Shown piece after piece: positions 25,570-38,035 of a DNA stretch of 64,000 nucleotides. Source of the stretch: Trichosphaerium sp. ATCC 40318 (Eukaryota > Protista > Tubulinea); NCBI GenBank assembly GCA_038496445.1, contig JALMLS010000208.1, positions 186,001 through 250,000 of the forward strand. The letters run 5' to 3'. How positions within the stretch are numbered: the first letter of the stretch is position 1; the number at the start of each line of letters is the position of its first letter. Under the pieces are notes generated by a model. The model did not search any database, was not told where the DNA came from, and worked only from the letters and a program-made list of their open reading frames with translations. The position numbers and the translations under genes were made by a program.

Positions 25570-28153
25570 TTAAACAGTTAACAACAAACAACTGAGAGTC
25601 ACGATTGTGGACACAATTAAAGCAATCGAATTACTAGTATTAGCATTGTTACCAGGCGTTGGTTGTATAGGAGCTACTGGTGAGGCGGGTTGTGTTGGTA
25701 CACTTGTTGTAGGCATAGAAGGAGCGACTGGTTCAGTAGGTGACATTGTCGTAGGAGGAAGCGTAGGAGGCAATGTTGTTGGTAATGTTGTAGGAGGTTG
25801 TATGGAAGTTGGTGGTTGAGTTGATGGTGTAAGTGTTGAAAGCGAAATAGGGAATGTTGGTGTATTTGTTGGTGCCACAGTAGTTGGGATAAGTGTTGTA
25901 GGAGGTTGAGTTGTCGGTGGTAGTGTAGGTGGTAACGTTGTAGGAGACAATGTTGGCGGTAACGTTGTTGGTGGCAATGTAGTTGGAGGCAACGTGGTAG
26001 GTGGTAAGGTTGTAGGAGGCAATGTTGTAGGAGGAAGTGTAGTTGGAGGTAATGTAGTTGGTGGCAAGGTTGTTGGAGGGAGTGTGGTTGGTTGCAATGT
26101 GGTAGGAGGCAACGTTGTTGGAGGCAGCGTTGTTGGAGGCAGCGTTGTTGGAGGGAGCGTTGTTGGAGGCAGCGTTGTTGGAGGGAGCGTTGTTGGAGGC
26201 AGCGTTGTTGGAGGGAGCGTTGTTGGAGGCAACGTTGTTGGAGGCAGCGTTGTTGGAGGCAGCGTTGTTGGAGGGAGCGTTGTTGGAGGCAGCGTTGTTG
26301 GAGGCAGCGTTGTTGGAGGGAGCGTTGTTGGAGGTAGTGTAGTGGGCGGCAAGGTTGTAGGTGGTAACGTTGTAGGAGGAAGTGTAGTTGGAGGAAGTGT
26401 AGTTGGAGGCAATGTTGTAGGAGGTAACGTTGTCGGTGGAAGTGTAGTTGGTGGCAGTGTTGTAGGAGGAGCTGTAGTTGGAGGCAACGTTGTTGGAGGC
26501 AGCGTTGTTGGAGGGAGTGTGGTTGGTGGCAATGTAGTTGGTGGTAGTGTAGTTGGAGGTAATGTAGTTGGTGGTAGTGTAGTTGGCGGTAAGGTTGTAG
26601 GTGGCAACGTTGTAGGAGGTAATGTTGTAGGAGGAAGTGTAGTTGGAGGCAATGTAGTTGGCGGCAAGGTTGTTGGAGGGACCGTTGTAGGAGGGAGTGT
26701 AGTTGGCGGTAAGGTTGTAGGAGGCAATGTACTTGGAGGCAACGTTGTAGGAGGAAGCGTAGTTGGAGGCAAGGTTGTAGGAGGTACCGTTGTAGGAGGG
26801 AGTGTAGTTGGCGGCAATGTTGTAGGAGGTAACGTTGTCGGTGGAAGTGTAGTTGGTGGCAGTGTTGTAGGAGGAGCTGTAGTTGGAGGCAACGTTGTTG
26901 GAGGCAGCGTTGTTGGAGGGAGTGTGGTTGGTGGCAATGTAGTTGGTGGTAGTGTAGTTGGAGGCAACGTTGTAGGAGGAAGTGTAGTTGGCGGCAATGT
27001 AGTTGGCGGTAAGGTTGTAGGAGGTAATGTTGTAGGCGGAAGTGTAGTTGGCGGTAACGTTGTTGGCGGTAGTGTAGTTGGAGGCAATGTAGTTGGCGGC
27101 AACGTTGTAGGAGGTAGTGTAGTGGGCGGCAACGTTGTAGGAGGTAACGTTGTAGGAGGAAGTGTAGTTGGAGGCAAGGTTGTAGGAGGTAACGTTGTTG
27201 GCGGAAGTGTAGTTGGAGGCAATGTAGTTGGCGGTAGTGTAGTTGGCGGTAAGGTTGTAGGTGGTAACGTTGTAGGAGGAAGTGTAGTTGGTGGCAACGT
27301 TGTAGGAGGTAGTGTAGTGGGTGGTAACGTTGTAGGTGGAGGCGGAGGAAATGAGAATACCATAATTTCTACTCCAGACGGCAGCGTTTGTGCTGGTACT
27401 GTAAACCTAAAGCACCAGTAAATATGTTAAAAAGAGCAATTTTAACGCACGTAAATGAATTAGAATTAGATGAAATAGCTACTGGAGGCAATGTGAACGT
27501 AGATGCTACAAACTCAAATCCTAAAAAAAATAACAGTAAGCACGTGTTTGCAATGCATAATTAACTGTAAAATCAGTTTTTTGTTTAATGTACATGTAAA
27601 GTATTAAATTGAGCGTATTAGCGCTCTTTGACAATGAGAAAATGGAAATGGTGTATTTGGGAACGTGTTTTGGGTGATCCAAAAAACTATAATTGTAGAA
27701 AACTGAAAAACGTACCTAGAACGACTGGATCATCCATTGTGCATGTCAGAACAGTATTTGGAATAGCAGTTCCCGTATTCATTACTTGTCTGTGTAAAAT
27801 AAAGCTTGTAGACCCGACTTGAATACTGATAACATCAGCAGCGTCAGTTGCAATATATACTTCGTTTGAATCGTCTGCAAAGAACTTTGGGTTGTTTGGT
27901 TCGCTTGATGACTCCAATACATTTTCATTTGTTGTTGAGCGTGTGTATGTACAAACACCTGCGTCGCCAACGCCTAGGTAGGTGTGAGATATCATATAGA
28001 GCAAAGAAAGAGAGCAAAGCAACTTTTCTTTAATTGTTTTGTTCTAATTTTGTCTTTCTCCGTAATGACGGGTAATAAATGTGTACGTATTGAATATGAT
28101 GTTGCTAAGAGACAACATAAAATTATTGTAAGCGTTAGAGGTGCTTTAATCAT
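25570..28153 (-). CDS. Mucin-like surface glycoprotein: signal peptide, small Cys domain, ~90 PPTTL repeats, GPI-type tail
   Basis: First exon 'MIKAPLTLTIILCCLLATSYS' (ATG 28153), then exon 'GVGDAGVCTYTRS...LTCTMDD', the PPTTL array and tail 'NSIALIVSTIVTLSCLLLTV*'. Confidence 0.85.
25950..27340. repeat. 15-bp coding tandem repeat (PPTTL) with higher-order duplication
   Basis: Unit of about 'agtgtagttggaggc'. A homogenised block lies at 26110-26335. A ~150-bp block at 26421 is repeated at 26826 (offset 405 = 27 units). Confidence 0.95.
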
Positions 28154-29652
28154 CTTGAGAAGCTAAGTTTAAATAGTAAATCTCGAAAACAAAGCAATAT
28201 CTGTTCGGAATTTTCTGGAAACACTTTTGCGCTGTTTTCCTTCCAAAACCGCTCCAGACGCACTTTTATGCCAACTAGCGTCATATTGTTGTAAAATTAG
28301 TTAATTTGAGAAACTCCGCAGTACAGGCCTATTGCAAACATTCCACTAATGGAATATTCTTGTCGTACAACACTACACATTGTTTTTGTTGGATATTCGT
28401 ACCTCCAACTTTGAATATCTAAAATTAGAGTTTTGTGCAACTTTACTAGATTTAAAGTCACCTGGCTACTGTCAGTGATGCCAGATGTATCTCTAAAGTG
28501 GTTATAGTTCTGTTCAGCAAATACTATCTCAAAAACACACAAAAGGCGCTAAAACTATCGTAGATACAAATAACTACGCGTGGAAACGATAGAAAACGGG
28601 TTCTTAAGTTATTCTGCATTGTGGTGTTTATTTTTAAGTATTCGTGACTTTGCTGCGTTCACGTGAACAAGTTGTACCTTTTTTGTGAGCGAAGGTCGGG
28701 TTCTTGTCCCGAGCAAAGCAATGGGTCACACCGAAAGCAAACAGAGACCTCTACTTGCTTGCATTCATTGTACCACTGTCATATTTTTCCGTACTTTTTC
28801 AAACAACTGTGCACGCCTATAATTGTCATGACATACGGGTGCATGAATATCACATGGTACAACTGTGCACCGGTGAATCAAAAAATGCTCTTTTGTATTA
28901 TTCTCCGTTGTTACGAGAACAGACGGCACGCACTATTTGTAACGTAGATACTAGCCTTTTATAAAAACAACCTTTGACATCACCCTACATGGCTGGAATA
29001 GTTGTATTCCAGCGTCATTACGTTGAACTCACTAATATAACTCTAGGTGACACTTTCTTCTTTTACCACATGGTACGTTGATGGAAATCTCAAAACGCTT
29101 ACTTCTCTTAAAGCCACTGCTCCGCAGGATCACTCCTTTTAGTCGTGTCAAGAGAGTATCACCAGATGAGACTATAAGGGTTCGTGTATCGGGTGTAGAT
29201 GCCCTGAAGTTGTGTAATTAATCGCTTTCTACGCAAATTTGTTTTTGGCAAGTCTATTGTCCGACACCATGTTCCTTCCAGATACCTTGTTCTGTTCGCC
29301 CCTATGACAAAGTAGATAATTTTCCAGTACCTCATGTATGTACTATGCTTGTCACACGTGACAATAAAGCAATTTTTAATTCGCACTACCAATCAAAAGT
29401 GACATTGCCTATGTTGTGACTCTGCTCTACGTTCACAATAAGTACTCCACAAGGACATATAAATGTGATAGGTTGTAAAATCAAGCTGGGATACATGTGC
29501 TAACCAAACTAGATAGTGTATTCATAAAATTTTAGGTTTTTTCCTGAAATCCAACTCCGAAGATGTCCTTTCGGAAGGGATAGTATACTGAGTATTCACT
29601 TATTTGATGATTTTATTGTAGTACAACTGCGCATACGATTTGGAGATGGATA

Positions 29653-31493
29653 CTATATCTTGCTTATAGTAGTACTGATAGTCTGTATAGATAATTCTCC
29701 TTCAGATGATTCTTTCTTTGGTTTTTTTCGAATTGCAGATATTTGAATGATACTTACGAGTGTTAGAGGTACCCAATAAAGCAGACCAAATATTAAATCT
29801 AACCATGGATAGTATAAGTTTAATATGGATGGGGCAGAGGCAATTGAATAAATAAATACAAAGACTGCACTGGACATGAGCTGTATTGTTACCTACAAAA
29901 TAAAAGTTTAATTCTGCCTTGTTTGGACAATAAGAGTAGTGTTTTGCAAAATCAGAAATTAGTGCTTTGCAGTTTGACGTACAAATCTGATTGTTTTGAG
30001 AGTTTTTGATTTATCTTTGACTTTATTCAAGCGTTTGAGTACAAAGGATCCCGTGATAAGCAAGTAACATCCTGAAGAAAAAGAAGCAAGGAACAAGAAA
30101 ACTTGGTAAATGTTGAAAAGTGTATCGAAAATATAAAGCAAGAAAAGGGTTACTCCCAATACTTCAAGCAATACAAGTAGAGATACGACAACAATACTTG
30201 GTATAAAAAACTTGTCAATGTTGTATTTATCATTTTGCTTTAAGGCTTTGACATTTAGAAGCATTTCATGCCTAGGACACTTTAAAAAAGGAATACGTAA
30301 GTTTTCTTGTTTTATTCTAATTTGTACTTTTTCACGTGATTAAATTATGTGCTATAGAACTAGTTTTTGACGTACCAGTAGAATGCAATCAAAACTGTCG
30401 TTGCAAGTGATAAAGAAACGAATCCGAAACCCATGATAAAGTGAACAGGTATTGGAAAGATTCTTCTTGCGAATGCCGGATCAATAATAACATAAATACT
30501 CCTCAGTATGTTTGCAACGACTTCAATGTAAAGACATGCCAATTGAGTTGTTAGTTGTAAACCTTGAGGAGACTTTGATATTGTATATATCTTGCTACAA
30601 GCCAAGAAAGTTGCAAAAAGACAAAGGAACCCGACAACAATAGAGAACAGCATCTAAACAAAAATTTTAATTCAGAAACGCGATTTGCTATCATTCTACG
30701 TACACTCCCGTACAAGTTGCTGGTCTTCCACGGATTTGGATCTATAAAAAGATGTCAATGGTAATAATGTAGGAACCCTTATACTGGTACCATTGCTATA
30801 AAGAGTGACATTAAACTCTTGATAACTGCCATTTATTTCCAAGTTAATGTATCCAACGATGTATGAAAATTCAACACCAGCGGCTTCTACAGTTGGAATA
30901 CGAGGCAGATTTCCCGGCGACTCAATATGGCTTAACTTAACATAATTGTACGCGCCTGGTATGTCTACAAAGAGACTTAGTTAACAATGCTTCGTTTTAC
31001 TTACAAAACTCAGTAGAGTGTAAGACAATAGCTTTAGCTCCACGTAGGTATACGTCTCTAACTGTATAACCCCATTTTCTTTCGTCTTCTAACAACACAA
31101 TCTTGCCACTAACGTTCGGGTGGTTTACGCCTACAAGAACGCCTACAACACTAGATTATGCCACAAGTACTTGCTTGGCTTTAAATGATAAATAAACAAA
31201 CTTTAGTGGTTTTTAGGATCTTGCGTCACGTGCCATTGACGCTACATGACATCACGTGATAAAAACGTGATTTCTAGTATTTAGCGTACCATTGATTTTA
31301 TTGGAGCGCCATGAATCTCTTGAGAGCCACGATATGTTTGGAGTATCGAAATGTACTTTAGAAACGGATTAAAAACAATAAGTATTTGGGTCAAATACGT
31401 TATTGTATTGTACATACGTTCAGTGTTGTTTTCATGTATAATGAGTGCGGCGACTCCTGTAATAAATAAATAGAACTTAAACACGTGATGCAT
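29653..31493 (-). CDS. PA-domain-like ectodomain plus 7TM (THH1/TOM1- or GPCR-like) membrane protein, copy 1
   Basis: Signal 'MHHVFKFYLFITGVAALII', PA-like 'VSGKIVLL...RGAKAIV...IPTVE', then 'DPNPW' and seven hydrophobic segments including 'TTVLIAFYWHEM'. Confidence 0.8.
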
Positions 31494-31774
31494 TGAACAA
31501 ACTGAAATAAGGAAGAGATATTGACTAGGATTGACATTTCAAAACTCACAATCAAGATTGAAAAGTTTTACAAATAGGCGAAAACCGATGTTGTCAAATC
31601 TACATAGAGCAATAATCAGGGACAGCTTCAAGTGAATAGGGTCAGTCTTGAGAAAAAAGTACCAGGTTCTTCCTGTTGCTATTCCGTAATAAGTAAAAAA
31701 AAACTGAGAATCGAAATACAATTTGATTATTTTATTGTATTTACAATGATAAGATGAAAAGTTGATGTTGGAAA

Positions 31775-33736
31775 TTATATCTTGCTAATAGTATTACTGA
31801 CTGTCTTTATAGATGATTCTCCTTCAGATGATTCTTTCTTTGGTTTTTTTCGAATTGCAGATATTTGAATGATACTTACGAGTGTTAGAGGTACCCAATA
31901 AAGCATATCAAATAATATATCTAACCATGGGTAGAATAAGTCTAATACAATTGGGATAAATCCAAATGAGTAAATAAATATGAAGACTGCACTGGACATG
32001 AGCTGTATTGTTATCTACACAAAATATAAGCAAAGTCAATTCTGTATGTAAATGATAAAATCTGTCGTTTGTGGATTTGACATGATTTGGTGCATTTTAA
32101 ATCTTGGAGTTTAAGAAGCAATTATATAGAAGATTCAGATGTAATAAGTGATTAGTGCTTTACGTACAAATCTGATTGTTTTGAGGGTTTTTGATTTATC
32201 TTTCACTTTGTTCAAGCGCATGAGTACAAAGTATCCTGTGATGAGCAAGTAACATGCTGAAGATATAGAAGCAAGGAACAAGACAGCTTCAAAAATGTAG
32301 TACAGAGCATCGAAAATATAAAGCAAGAAAAGGGTTACTCCCAATACTTCAAGCAATACAAGTAGAGATACGACAACAATACTTGGTATAAAAAACTTGT
32401 CAATGTTGTATTTATCATTTTGCCTCAAGGTTCTGACATTCAGAAGCATTTCATGCCTAGGACACTTTAAAAAAAGGAAAACGAAATAAAATGGTTTTTT
32501 CTTGTTCTATTCTGATTGTGCTGTTGTCAATCACGTGATCAAAAATATACACTCTAGCATTAGTTTTTGACGTACCAGTAGAATGCAATGAGAACTGTTG
32601 TTGCAAGTGATAAAGACACAAATCCGAAACCCATAATCAAGTGAATAGGTATTGGAAAGATTCTTCTTGCGAATGTGGGATCAATAATAACATAAATACT
32701 CCTCATTGTGTTTGCAAAGACTTCAATGTAAAGACATGCCAATTGAGTTGTTAGTTGTAAACCCTGAGGAGACTTTGATATTGTATATATCTTGCTACAA
32801 GCCAAGAAAGTTGCAAAAAGACATAGAAACCCGACAACAATCGAGAACAGCATCTAAACAAAATACGTCATAACTTGTTCGAGGTAATGTTATACACATA
32901 CACTCCCATACAGTCTGCTGGTCTTCCACAGATTTGGTTCTATTTACAGCGTCAATGGTACTAATGTAGGTACCCTTATACTGGTAAAAATCGTACCATT
33001 GCTATAAAGAGTGACATTAAACTCTTGATAACTGCCATTTATTGCCAAGTTAATATCTACAAATTTCGTTGAAAATTCATCACCAGCAGCCTCTACAGTT
33101 GGAATACGAGGCAGATTTCCTGGCGACTCAATACGACTTAATCTAACATAATTGTATACGCCTGGTACGGCTGCAAGAAAATGGGTTTAGCGGAGAAATT
33201 CTTTGCTGTTATTACGTGCCTATATCAGTAGCATGTAAGACAATAGCTTTAGCTCCACGTAGGTATACGTCTCTAACTGTATAACCCCATTTTCTTTCAT
33301 CTTCTAACAACACAATCTTGCCACTTATGTTCGGGTGCTTTACGCCCACAAGAACGCCTACAATACTAGATTATGTCACGAGTTTTTCTAAGCTTTGACT
33401 GTTAAAGTAACAAAAAAATTGAGAGGTTTTTAAGCTCTACGCCACTCTACACTTGACGTAATACGCGACTACTTAATCACGTGATAAAAACGTGATTTTG
33501 TAATTAATTAATAATTAAGCGTACCATTGATTTTATTGGAGCGCCATGAATCTCTTGAGAGCCACGATATGTTTGGAGTATCGAAATGCACTTTAGAAAC
33601 GGATTAAAAACAATTTGTATTTGTATTTGAATCAAACACAAGCTATTGTATTGTACATACGTTCAGTGTTGTTTTCATGTATAATGAGTGCGGTAACTCC
33701 TGAAATAAATAAATAGAACTTAAACACGTGATGCAT
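31775..33736 (-). CDS. PA-domain-like plus 7TM membrane protein, copy 2
   Basis: Same exon structure and high nucleotide identity to copy 1. Confidence 0.8.
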
Positions 33737-34144
33737 TGAACAAACTAAAATAGTAAGATACTGACTAGGATTGACATTTCAAACTCACATCCAAGATTGA
33801 AACGTTTTACAAATAGGCGGCAACTTATTTAGTCAAATCTAAATAGCAAAGAATCAGGGACAGCTTCAATTGAATATAACAGTTTATAGCAACTGTAAGG
33901 CACTTCATTTCATATTAATATCAGAACTTACTCTTGTAAATAGAGGTGATCCGGTCCCAGCTTAGCCTGCTACAACATCTAAACGGCATGCCATAGTCCG
34001 TAAGCTCAAGTTTCCATCACATTTTTTTTGTGCAAGTTGTCAGGTACATCGCCAAAATATTGTGGCTCTTAGTTCTTGGCCAGTTCCCAAAATCCCAATG
34101 AACACAAACTGTTTTCTCAAGTGTTCTTTCTTTATTTTTTGTTG

Positions 34145-35170
34145 TTACAAGGAATTACGTCTCACAGTTGTTACTGGATGTTCAGATCTCTTACCATCAA
34201 CATATATTCTGCCTAGCTTAAGATGTCCATCCTCATGCCACACAGTGCATTCACCATATCTCTTTCCTTTAATATACATTGTTTGTCTCTGAATTTGACC
34301 ATTTTCATACCATCTCTTTACCTCACCATGCTTCTTACCTTGAACGTACATAGCTTGGCATCTGAGTATACCATGAATTGTATTCACCATTTCTCTTTCC
34401 TTCGATATACATTGCTTGTATATGGAGTTGTCCATTCTTATACCATAGTTTGCATTCACCATTCTTCTCACCTTTTATGTATATAGCTTGATCCATTATT
34501 ATACCATTCTCATACCACCAACAGTATTCACCATTCTCCTTTCCATTAATATAGGTTGTTGTTAGCTGATTTTGTCCATTCTCATACCACTGTTTATGTT
34601 CTCCAGTCTCTTCCCCATCAGTATACATTTTTTGTACTGCAAGCTGTCCGTTTTTATGCCATGTCTTTATCTCACCAGTCTTCTTGTCATTAATCCAGGT
34701 TTTTGCGACACAAGTTGTCCATTCTCATGCCATATTTTTTTCTCACCATTCTTCTTGTCATTAACATACATTGTTTGATATTTAAGTTGTCCGTTCTCAT
34801 ACCACTGCTTTAGCATGCCTTCCTTTAGTCCTTTTACATACACAACGTCTAGACAAGGGTTTCCTCCTGTGTACCAACTGTTGTACTTACCATGTTTTTT
34901 ATCATTATTGTACCATGCTTGAAACCATAGCTGTCCGTTCTTATACCACCGTTTCATCATTCCGTGTTTTTTACCGTCAACCACCATTGTCTTATTTAGA
35001 ACACGACCACATGGATACCAAGTAATCCAAATACCGCGTTTGTTCAGACTAGTATTGTAATGTGTGTTAATAGCAGCCGTTTTTGATAACACGTGGAACT
35101 TATGAAATGTTTCCTTGTTGAAAGTACATAGATATTGTTGAAGTTCATATGGAAGTTGTAGAAGTGACAT
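34145..35170 (-). pseudogene. Frameshifted intronless F-box-MORN-variant repeat gene
   Basis: 'MSLLQLPYELQQYL' followed by WYENGQL...GKKHG repeats, split over three frames (breaks near 34710 and 34370). Close paralog of the intact 62948-63919 gene. Confidence 0.85.
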
Positions 35171-35662
35171 CTTTACAGGATGGTACTTACGTTTTGGGTT
35201 TTAGTTCGATCTTTTGTAATTTAGGAACTAAGACTGGTAATCTTGAAGCGCCACTCTTTAATCTTCGAATAGCACCACAAGAACGCTTTCACGTGTTTAG
35301 GTGTTAAATTTAATAACCGTTATACCTGCGTTACAAATAGACAGGATGCCAATTGTAAGCGTTTTCACGTGTATAAGACTTAGGATGACTTTAAAGGCTA
35401 TTTATTCCGTGTTTCGAGAGATCTGTTTTATAACTAATAGATGGTACGTCAAAAACACGTGTTATTCCAACCAAACAGGAAGCAACAAAAAGATGACGTT
35501 TGAAGGTGTTGGTAGGAGTTCACATAATTGGCTTGGAGGGCTGTGAATCAATTGCAGATGAGATTTTTAAAGCACTGGTTTTTTTCTCATAACACAGCAA
35601 GTCCTAAGTGGTATTCGCTTATTTTATTGTATTACAATGATAAGATGAACGGGTGGTGGATT

Positions 35663-37637
35663 TTATAACTGGTTCATAGTAGTACTGATAGTCTGTATAG
35701 ATGATTCTCCAGATGATTCTTTCTTTTGTTTTTCTCGAATTGCAGATATTTGAATGATACTTACGAGTGTTAGAGATATCCAATAAGGCAGACTAAATAT
35801 TATATCTACCCATGGATGATAGTATAAGTTAAATACGGTCGGGATAAATCCAAATGAATAAATAAATATGAAGACTGCACTGGACATGACCTGTATTGTT
35901 ATCTACACAAATAATAAGCAAAGTCACTAAGTTAAGTCTGTTTGTAGGCTTGAAGTGATTTAGTTGAAACTAAATCTTAGGTGTATGAGGTTTAGTAGAT
36001 ATTAAAGGATCTACTGTTTTCAAAATAGCTTCTTGTTCTAAATATTTTTGTTGTAGTACGTACTAATCTTATTGTTTTGAGGGTTTCTGATTTACTTCCA
36101 ATTTCATCTTTGAGTTTATTCAAGCGCTTGAGTACAAAGTATCCTGTGATAAGCAAGTAACATGCTGAAGATATAGAAGCAAGGAACAAGACAGCTTCAA
36201 AAATATAGTACAGAGTGTCCGAAATATAAAGCAAGAAAAGGGTTACTCCCAATACTTCAAGCAATACAAGTAGAGATACAACGACAATACTTGGTATAAA
36301 AAACTTGTCAATGTTGTATCTATCATTTTGCCTCAAGGTTTTGGCTTGCAGGATAACTTCATGCCTAGGACACTTTAAAAAAAGGAAAACGAAATAAAAT
36401 GCTTTTTTTCTTGTTTTATTCTAGTTGTTGTGCTTTTTCACGTGATTAAATTATGTGCTCTAGAACTAGTTTGACGTACCAGTAGAATGCAATCAGAACT
36501 GTTGTTGCAAGTGATAAAGAAACGAATCCGAAGATCATAATCCAGTGAATAGGTACTGGAAAGATTCTTCTTGCGAATGCCGGATCAATGATAATATAAA
36601 TACCCCTCATTGTGTTTGCAAAAACTTCAATGTAAAGACATGCCAAGCGAGGTGTTAGTTGTAAACCTTGAGACTTTGACATTATGTATATCTTTCTACA
36701 AGCCAAGAAAGTTGCAAAAAGACATAGGGACCCAACAACAATCGACAACAGCATCTAAACAAAAATTTAGTTCATAACTTGTTCGAGGTAATGTTATACA
36801 CATACACTCCCATACAGTCTGCTGGTCTTCCACGGATTTGGCTCTATTAAAAGATGTCAATGGTAATAATGTAGGTACCCTTATACTGATAAATATCGTA
36901 CCATTGCTATAAAGAGTGACATTAAACTCTTGATAATTGCCATTTATTGCCATGTTAATATCTACAAATTTCGTTGAAAATTCTTCACCAGCAGCCTCTA
37001 CAGCTGGAATATGAGGCAGATTTCCTGGCGACTCAATACGACTTAATCTAACATAATTGTATATGCCTGGTACGTCTGCAAGAAAATAGGCTTAGAGGAG
37101 AAATTCTTTGCTGTTATTACATACCTACAATAGTAACGTGTAAAACAATAGCTTTAGCTCCACGTAGGTATACGTCTCTAACTGTATAACCCCATTTCCT
37201 TTCATCTAACAACACAATTTTGCCACTGACATTCGGGTGCTTTACGCCTACAAGAACGCCTACAACACTAGATTATGCCACAAGTACTTCTTAGCTTTGA
37301 CTGCTAAAGTAACAAAAACTGTAGCGGTTTTAAGCTCTACGCCACTCTACACTTGACGTAATACGCGACTACTTAATCACGTGATAAAACACGTGATGTT
37401 GTAATTAATTAATAATCGAGCGTACCATTGATTGTACTTGATCGCCATGAATCTCTTGAGAGCCACGATATGTTTGGAGTATCGAAATGCACTTTAGAAA
37501 CGAATTAGAAACAATTTTTATTTTGTATTTGAATCAAATTGCGTTATTGTATTGTTCATACGTTCAGTATTGTTTCCATGTATAATGAGTGCGGTAACTC
37601 CTGAAATAAATAAATAGAACTTAAACACGTGATGCAT
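35663..37637 (-). CDS. PA-domain-like plus 7TM membrane protein, copy 3
   Basis: Same exon structure as copies 1 and 2, slightly more diverged. Confidence 0.8.
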
Positions 37638-38035
37638 TGAACAAATTAAAACAGGAAGGTGCTAGAGATGTCAGAAAACCGGTCCGGACCAGTCGTAACC
37701 AGTCAATAAGCTGCTCATTTCACGTAAAAGGTCGAAAAACACTTAAAAACTGGACTAATACAGTTGTGGCCGTTTTCACTTAAAAGGACTGTATCTGGTA
37801 AAAACTGGTAAAAATCAAAGGGTACCGCTTTGAAAGCGAGCGAAATAAAACGTAACCTCATTCTGTGGGGTGGGGGAAAAAAAGTGAGAATTTGAACGAA
37901 TAGAACTGCAATTGGGAGGAAAAGCAACAAAGTTTCAAGTTTAAAAAGAAGACATGTAAACTGTGAACACCTTTTATTTGCCTTTGCATACTTGCCTAGT
38001 GGTCATTAAAGTGTTGGTTTAATTGCTGTCGTATA

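Noticed and set aside
25950-27340. Possible CRISPR-like array
   Set aside because: Contiguous 15-bp coding repeats without unique spacers, in a eukaryotic context with no cas genes.
25994-27421. 475-aa 'VVGGS/N' ORF and the CWRQR/LLEAA ORFs on the + strand
   Set aside because: Antisense shadows of the PPTTL repeat. The minus strand has the signal peptide, splice sites and anchor.
34062-34778. Plus-strand ORFs opposite the MORN genes (also 63032-63577)
   Set aside because: Antisense shadows of repetitive coding sequence.
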